This document shows positions 56,340 to 64,000 of a stretch of DNA of 64,000 nt, piece after piece. Below the pieces are notes generated by a model that was not told where the DNA came from, did not search any database, and saw only the letters and a program-made list of their open reading frames with translations. Location: assembly GCF_009914755.1 (NCBI RefSeq), contig NC_060936.1; one strand, 5' to 3'. Numbering within the stretch: position 1 is the first letter of the stretch; each line of letters starts with the position of its first letter. Both the position numbers and the translations under genes were made by a program. The DNA is from the human T2T-CHM13v2.0 reference genome, Homo sapiens.

Positions 56340-58528
56340 CTACATTACCTTCTTTTGTTTAACAATTTTAGGGAGAAAATTATTTAGTATAGTTGACACA
56401 ATCCACTTTTTATAAAAGACAACATGGCTTGCAATTCCATTCCATTTAATGTTTACACATTTTCTCCCAGTGGTTGATGTGAGACTTGCTAGGATTTTTC
56501 TTTTCTTTGCTTGCTTGTTTTTTTGCCTTGCTTTGTTTCATGTATTTATGGGCTTTGAAGGTGTGTATCTAATACCTGGACTTGGGACAACTTTATATTG
56601 TGGAAAATCCATTAGATCAGCTAAGAGACCTGGGTTTTTATCCTTATACTGTTTTTAACTAGTTATAATCTTGGTTAAGTCAACCAAGTTATCAAGACTT
56701 AATTTTTTTTACCTGTACAATAAAGGCATTAGATTTGGATTTATTGTATCTGTATGTGTTCTGACTTTATGAGTGCATTTTAAAAACTTACCTTCCTTTG
56801 GACTGGTCTCCTAGGACAAGACTGAACAGGGGCTACCAATGCAAATTGACTTAGGGGCCTTTGAAAGATCCATTTACCACAAAGCATCCACAAACCTCTG
56901 CCTTCTTCCTCATTTGGCTTTAAATTCCATCTTAAAGAGTTGTCAGCATGTATGAAAGCCAAGGAAGAGGTAAAGTCTCCAGAAGGCCCAGATTAACTAT
57001 TATGTATATTTTCCCTGGGGATGGTTTACTTACCATGTCCCTTTACTGGGGGTTAATTTCTTCAACTACTGAAGTGACTGAAATTTGAAGGTATGAAGGG
57101 CAAAATAATAAACATACCTTGTATAGGTAAAGAACTTTAAACCTTACAAGGGATTTTGACTTCTATCTCAATGAAGGAACAAGCAACCAAGAACCACAAA
57201 AATCACTGGCCACTGACAAATGACACTTCAAGAGGAATACAGGCTTAATAGCTGCGAACACAGGTTCGTTGAACAAATGAATAATTTTGAATGATTCTTG
57301 CATCTCCATTTGGTATTGTCCTTCCTTTTTCTTCTTTTTTCTTTCACTTCTACCCACCTACCAACCTCACAAAGTGTCCAGTACCTCACCCTAGAATAGG
57401 TGATACCTCTAGGATACCTCACCATAGAATTCTGACTAGAATTAACCCTACACAGTCAGCTCTATAACTGTAGAGTATTACCCACACCACCAAAATATTC
57501 TTCATCAGAATGTCCTGAGTTTGATACAGTAATCCATGCTTATATGTCAATGGATGCTCCCCTCCTGGATCAAATAAGGTAGGTTTCATAGGAAGAGAGA
57601 CAATAGAGCTTTAAACAAATGGAGTTGACTTACAAAAATTTTAACGTCCAATGCAGCCAGTGAGGGAGATCCTTTGAGGCATTTAGGAACCTGTAGCAAT
57701 CTTTAAATCATAACAGAATAGAAAAGAAGACCTACGAATAGAATAGGCTTACTATATTGAATAATATGTAAATTCATATACCTTTCACCATACCTTGCCT
57801 TCTTACCTTCTATCCTCCAAATTTGTCAAACTGAAGACATTAAAGTTGGTAAATATATTTATGACAATTAGTCTTACTACTATGATTAACTAGTTTCAGA
57901 TTCTGACCAGCGCTTATATAACATAACTCCCCAATCCTGAATTTTCTCATTGTGCTATTCGTCTGATTACAAAAGAAAATATATTTTTGTAAAAATTTAG
58001 AAAATATAGAAAGTTTAAATAAGAAAATGGCAGTAAATCAAACGCATAATCCAAATAGCCAGAAAGAACCATTATTAATATCTAGATATATTTCTTCTCA
58101 GTCTTTCCCTAAAAACTATAATTATAAAAATATATACACATATAATATATACTTGCCTAATTTAATCAATATCCTAAAAATAAACGTTTATCTGTCCTAC
58201 ATATGTAACATAGTTTATGTAATAATTTTCCTGTTCTTAGACATTTAAATTATTTCAAAATTTTAATTATAAGAAACAGTGAGCAAAACATGATGATATA
58301 AGAAATTTTATTATCATCTCTACTTATTTCCATAAAAAATCCTGTAAATGCAACTATTGGGTAACAGAATATAAATATTTCAAGACTTCTCATAGTTTAC
58401 TAAAATTACACTCAAACAGTAGAAATAGTAAATATGTGGGTAAGTATATAAATAACAAATATATGTATATGTTTCTTTCCTTATTGAAAACACATATGAC
58501 TGTTTAAAGCAAAAAAGTATGACACTTC

Positions 58529-61162
58529 GCTCTCCCTCTCCCTCTCCCTCCCCCTCCCCCTCCCCCTCCCTCTCCCTCTCCCTCTCCCTCTCCCTCCACG
58601 GTCTCCCTCTGATGCCGAGCCAAGGCTGGACGGTACTGCTGCCATCTCGGCTCACTGCAGCCTCCCTGCCTGATTCTCCTGCCTCAGCCTGCCGAGTGCC
58701 TGCGATTGCAGGCGCGCACCGCCACGCCTGACTGGTTTTCGTTTTTTTTTGGTGGAGACGGGGTTTCGCTGTGTTGGCCGGGCTGGTCTCCAGCTCCTAG
58801 CCGCGAGTGATCCGCCAGCCTCGGCCTCCCGAGGTGCCGGGATTGCAGATGGAGTCTCGTTCACTCAGTGCTCAATGGTGCCCAGGCTGGAGTGCAGTGG
58901 CGTGATCTCGGCTCGCTGCAACCACCTCCCAGCCGCCTGCCTTGGCCTCCCGGAGAGCCGAGATTGCAGCCTCTGCCCGGCCGCCACCCCGTCTGGGAAG
59001 TGAGGAGCGTCTCTGCTTGGCCACCCATCGTCTGGGATGTGAGGAGCCCCTCTGCCTGGCTGCCCAGTCTGGAAAGTGAGGAGCGTCTCTGCCCGGCCGC
59101 CATCCCATCTGGGAAGCGAGGAGCGCCTCTTACCCGCCGCCATCCCATCTAGGAAGTGAGGAGCGTCTCTGCCCGGCCGCCCATCGTCTGAGATGTGGGG
59201 AGCACCTCTGCCCCGCCGCCCTGTCTGGGATGTGAGGAGCGCCTCTGCTGGGCCGCAGCCCTGTCTGGGAGGTGGGGAGCGTCTCTGCCCGGCCGCTCCG
59301 TCTGAGAAGTGAGGAAACCCTCTGCCTGGCAACCGCCCCGTCTGAGAAGTGAGGAGCCCCTCCGTCCGGCAACCACCCCGTCTGGGAAGTGAGGAGCGTC
59401 TCCGCCCAGCAGCCACCCCGTCCGGGAGGGAGGTGGGGGGGGTCAGCCCCCCGCCCGGCCAGCCGCCCCGTCCGGGAGGTGAGGGGCTCCTCTGCCCGGC
59501 CGCCCCTACTGGGAAGTGAGGAGCCCCTCTGCCTGGCCAGCCGCCCCATCCGGGAGGGAGGCGGGGGGGGGGGGTCGGCCAGCCGCCCCGTCCGGGAGGT
59601 GAGGGGCTCCTCTGCCCGGCCGCCCCTACTGGGAAGTGAGGAGCCCCTCTGCCCGGCCAGACGCCCCGTCCAGGAGGGAGGTGGGGGGGTCAGCCCCCCG
59701 CCGGGCCAGCCACCCAGTCCGGGAGGGAGGTGGGGGGTCAGCCCCCCGCCCGGCCAGCCGCCCCGTCTGGGAGGGAGGTGGGGGGATCAGCCCCCCGCCT
59801 GGCCAGCCGCCCCATCCGGGAGGTGAGGGGCGCCTCTGCCCGGCCGCCCCTACTGGGAAGTGAGGAGCCCCTCTGCCCGGCCAGCCGCCCCGCCCGGGAG
59901 GGAGGTGGGGGGGTCATCCCCCCACCTGGCCAGCCGCCCCATCCGGGAGGGAGGTGGGGGGGTCAGCCCCCCGCCCGGCCAGCCGCCCCGTCCGGGAGGG
60001 GGGAGGGGGGGTCAGCCCCCTGCCCGGCCAGCCGCCCCGTCCGGGAGGGAGGTGGGGGGGGTCAGCCCCCCGCCTGGCCAGCCGCCCCGTCCGGGAGGGA
60101 GGTGGGGGGATCAGCCCCCCGCCTGGCCAGTTGCCCCGTCCGGGAGGTGAGGGGCGCCTCTGCCCGGCCGCCCCTACTGGAAAGTGAGGAGCCCCTCTGC
60201 CCGGCCAGCCGCCCCGTCCGGGAGGGAGGCGGGGGGGGGGGGGGGGTCGGCCAGCCGCCCCGTCCGGGAGGGAGGTTGGGGGGGGTCAGCCCCCCTTCCG
60301 GCCGGCCGCCCCGTCCGGGAGGTGAGGGGCGCCTCTGCCCGGCCGCCCCTACTGGGAAGTGAGGACCCCTCTGCCCGGCCAGCCGCCCCGTCCGGGAGGG
60401 AGGTGGGGGGGACAGCCCCCGGCCCAGCCAGCCGCCCTATCCAGGAGGTGAGGGGCGCCTCTGCCCGGCCGTCCCTACTGGGAAGTGAGGAGCCCCTCTG
60501 CCTGGCCAGCCGCCCCGTCCGGGAGGGTGGTGGGGGGGTCAGCCCCCCGCCCGGCCAGCCGCCCCATCCGGGAGGTGAGGGGTGCTTCTGCCCGGCCGCC
60601 CCTACTGGGAAGTGAGGAGCCCCTCTGCCCGGCCACGACCCCGTCTGGGAGGTGTGCCCAGCGGCTCATTGGGGATGGGCCATGATGACAATGGCGGTTT
60701 TGTGGAATAGAAAGGCGGGAAGGGTGGGGAAAAAATTGAGAAATCGGATGGTTGCCGGGTCTCTGTGGATAGAAGTAGACATGGGAGACTTTTCATTTTG
60801 TTCTGTACTAAGAAAAATTCTTCTGCCTTGGGATCCTGTTGATCTGTGACCTTATCCCCAACCCTGTGCTCTCTGAAACATGTGCTGTGTCCACTCAGGG
60901 TTAAATGGATTAAGGGCGGTGCAGGATGTGCTTTGTTGAACAGATGCTTGAGGGCAGCATGCTCGTTGAGAGTCATCACCACTCCCTAGTCTTAAGTACC
61001 CAGGGACACAAACACTGCGGAAGGCCAAGGCCGCAGGGTCCTCTGCCTAGGAAAACCAGAGACCTTTGTTCACTTGTTTATCTGCTGGCCTTCCCTCCAC
61101 TATTGTCCTATGACCCTGCCAAATCCCCCTCTGCGAGAAACACCCAAGAATGATCAATAAAA

Positions 61163-61191
<29 letters not shown>
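58529..61191 (+). mobile_element. Full-length SVA retrotransposon (SVA_E-like)
   Basis: (CCCTCT)n 58530-58597, Alu-like domain to ~58970, GC-rich VNTR to ~60655, SINE-R, AATAAA at 61156, poly-A; TSD AAAAAAGTATGACACTTC at 58511-58528 and 61192-61209. Confidence 0.97.
58970..60655 (+). repeat. SVA VNTR (GC/CpG-rich, G-run-rich)
   Basis: Repeated units GCCCGGCCAGCCGCCCCGTCCGGGAGG and CCCCTACTGGGAAGTGAGGAG. Confidence 0.95.
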
Positions 61192-61197
<6 letters not shown>

Positions 61198-62436
61198 GTA
61201 TGACACTTCACTAATATTAATGGGTTTATAACAAATGTAGATGTAATATATATGACAATAATAGCACTAAGGAGAAGGGGTAAATGGAATTTGCTCTTGT
61301 GAGTTTTCTATATTTCATCTGGACTAATTCAATATAACTAGGTAGACTGGGATTAGCTAAGGATCCACTTTGTAAACACTAGAAAAAGTAAAAAATAATG
61401 AAAAATGTAGCTACAAAGTCAACAGAGAAATTAAAATGGAATATGAAAAAATATTTGATTAACATAAAAGGAAGAAAATGAGGAACAAAAAACCAAAAAA
61501 ATTTGGTAAGACAAATAGATAATAAACAGCAAAATGGCAGAGCTTTAAATACAATCATATCAATAAGTATATCAAATGCAAATAAACTAAACTCTCCAAT
61601 CACAAAGCAGAAACTGTTAGAGTGGATAAAAAGTAAGCACCAACTACATGATGTCTACATGAGATGCACTTCTAATACAAATAGAATAAAAATTTTACAG
61701 ATGGAGGAAGGTATACCATGCAAACAATAACCACAAGAGAGGAGTTGTTGTATTAGTATTAGACAAAATAGACCTCAAGAAAATGAGTTATTACTAGAGA
61801 CAAAAGGAAATACTTCATAAAGCATCAATATATAAGGAAGATATGACAATTATGAATGTGTATGTAAGCCACAATGGATGGTGACTTCACAGTGAAAACT
61901 CTTTATTTTAGGGAAGAAGGAATATGAATGTTGGGTAGACAACTAGGCTTTTCTGCCACAGGCAGATTATTTATCCTCTCTGTAAAATAGATAACATTTT
62001 ATAGGATTGTTGTGAGGATTAAATGACTGCCCACAGTAGGCACTTAATCATATGGGTTATTGTTGATGCTGTTACTATTATCTTGTGGTAGACTGCATCT
62101 ATGAGCAAAAGCTCAGCTAAAATTAAGTTGTCCCTCTATATAGGGAAAAGAATCCCTGAAGAAGGGGTGAAGTAAGTAGAATGTCCACCCAAACGTCATT
62201 TTGGGATCAGAGTGGGCCCTGACTCCAGGAGAAGAAAAAAGTATTATAGAGAGTTGGTGGGGTGGATGGCCCTTGCTTGGTATGGGGACGGGGGTGCTAA
62301 AGGGAATTTGGATCTGGGAAGAAACTAGACAGAAGACTTGCATAATGAAAATATTGTTTACTGTGTGTAATGAAATGTTGCCTTCTCCTCCATCTGTCAT
62401 AAAAAAAAATTCAGCAAAATCCATATTGCTCACCAA

Positions 62437-62885
62437 ACTGGTTAGGATAAAGTTCAGGAGACAGTAACAGAAACTCTAATGAACAGTCATATACAAGACA
62501 GATGCTTCTTTCTCTCTTGTATAAGAGAAATCAAGAGACAGCTCAGGGCTGATATGGTGGCTCTACAGTAATCAAAGGGCTGAGGTCCTTCCAGTTTTCT
62601 GCTCTGTTATGCTTTAGGTGTGGCTCTTGTCCCCTTGATCCAATATGAATTTTGGAGCATCAGTCACCACATCTACATTTCGAGCAGCAAGATGGGAGAG
62701 AGGAAAGAATAGGTACACACTCCTTCCTTTTCAAAAAGATTTTTCCAGAAATACCACACAATATTTCCACTTAAAGGTGAGCTGTAGGCTAGGAAATGTA
62801 GTCTTTTAGCTGAAAAACAATATATCCAAATAAAAATCTGGGTTCTCTTATTGAAGAAGGTGAGAATGGATGTGAGAAAACCAAG
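62437..62885 (-). mobile_element. MLT1J/K-type MaLR LTR
   Basis: CAGGGCTGATATGGTGGCTC...GGCTAGGAAATGTAGTCTTT...GAGAATGGATGTGAG. Confidence 0.6.
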
Positions 62886-63857
62886 CACTCATCAATACTT
62901 ATAGATTTTATTTATAAATGTGTTATTTGCATATTTTTATGTGTAGACAAAAGATGTGCATAATAGATCGGTCTATTGAATGCAAGGTGAAAGACTGTCA
63001 ATGTGAGTCAGTTTAACAAGAGTTACATCATAAAAAAAGCTTCCCTCCTTTCTTATTACATTATTATTACAGTTATAAACTAACATTTAATTATTCCACG
63101 TAAGTTTGCATCTTACTCTTAGGTCTTCAATTAGACTTTGCTTCAAGGAAGGTTTGGCAGGCCTACAGCTCTAGTATTGGCCAGAGGGTGCAGAAGGAAC
63201 AGACTGTGTAAATACATTACTATAGTACAACAACAAATTTTTTATATATTAGTGAATTAGATCCTTAACTATGGCCCCCTCACCCAGCCTAATGTTACCA
63301 AGGTCTGTAGTTTTGAACCCCTTTGATCTTATTCCTCATGGGCTGCCTCAATTACCGAACTTGGGCATTTGTCAAGTACAAGGAAGCATTAAAGAGCTGC
63401 ATCTATTCACTTACATGCTTATTTGGTGTACATATCCCTTGCACTGCTTGTTTGGTACTTTAGTAGTAAACTAAATGATAGTAGACTTGAACTGACAGAG
63501 TCAACATTCGCATCAATCTTTCTGCCTGGATTGGACTTTATAAGCTGGCCCATATCAAAAGGATATTACTATGCCATATATATATATATCTCCAATAGTT
63601 TTCCTATGCTCTCTTTCCCATTGCGTATTTCTACCTTTAGGCCAGACCAACCCAAACATCTATGACCAGTCAAAAAAGAAAAGCTGATGGTATTTCATCT
63701 CTGGTCAATGCCTCTCTTCAAAGCCATTTCCTGGTATAATCCATCCTTTAATTCATCAAATATACATTCAGTATTGACTATGTACCAGGCACTGTGCCTA
63801 GTATTAGGAATATAGCAAAGAACAGATACTTAAAGTTCTTCTCAGAAATGCCTTACC

Positions 63858-64000
63858 TGCTGGGCATGGTGGCTCACACCTGTAATCCCTTCACTTTAGG
63901 AGGATGAGGTGGGAGGATCACTTGAGTCCAGAAGTTTGAGACCAGCCTGGGCAACATAGAAAGACCCTATCTCTACAAAAATGAAAAAATTAGTTGGGCA
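63858..64000 (+). mobile_element. AluJ left arm (cut by the window edge)
   Basis: GCTGGGCATGGTGGCTCACACCTGTAATCC...GAGGATCACTTGAGTCCAG. Confidence 0.9.

Larger units (their letters stand above)
58430..61870 (+). mobile_element. Old L1M inter-ORF / ORF2 endonuclease remnant, split by the SVA
   Basis: 61503-61730 translates to an EN-like segment (ISISISNANKLNSPITKQKLLEWIKSK); sequence is contiguous across the SVA TSD. Confidence 0.65.

Noticed and set aside
58970-60655. Regularly repeated ~35-50-bp units, superficially CRISPR-like
   Set aside because: There are no unique spacers or cas genes and the context is eukaryotic; this is the SVA VNTR.
58380-61153. Many overlapping ORFs of up to 210 aa, rich in Pro/Gly/Arg
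   Set aside because: They arise from the stop-poor, GC-rich SVA VNTR and Alu-like domain in several frames on both strands, and are not genes.

Overview
This is a repeat-dense hominid, most likely human, genomic window (intergenic or deep intronic). I can support no intact protein-coding gene, RNA gene or CRISPR array. The ORFs in the track appear to be short by-products of Alu, L1, LTR, SVA or AT-rich sequence. Main structures: (1) an ~8.7 kb MER4-type ERV1 provirus with both LTRs, a 4-bp TSD, a tRNA-Arg primer-binding site and a polypurine tract, inserted into an old L1 and itself carrying nested MaLR, LTR8, Alu and L1 insertions; (2) the host L1MA-type element, which contains a twin-primed (5'-inverted) L1; (3) a full-length SVA (SVA_E-like) with an 18-bp TSD and a cluster of A-to-G changes suggestive of ADAR editing before retrotransposition; (4) a tiny antisense older SVA fragment; (5) a tiny pre-Ta-type (ACG) L1HS fragment; (6) many Alu, MIR, L2, MaLR and MER DNA-transposon relics. 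Subfamily names come from recalled consensus sequences and need RepeatMasker/Dfam confirmation. Boundaries of old, diverged repeats are approximate. I did not find a new biological system; the notable signals are records of retrotransposition and DNA-repair mechanisms.
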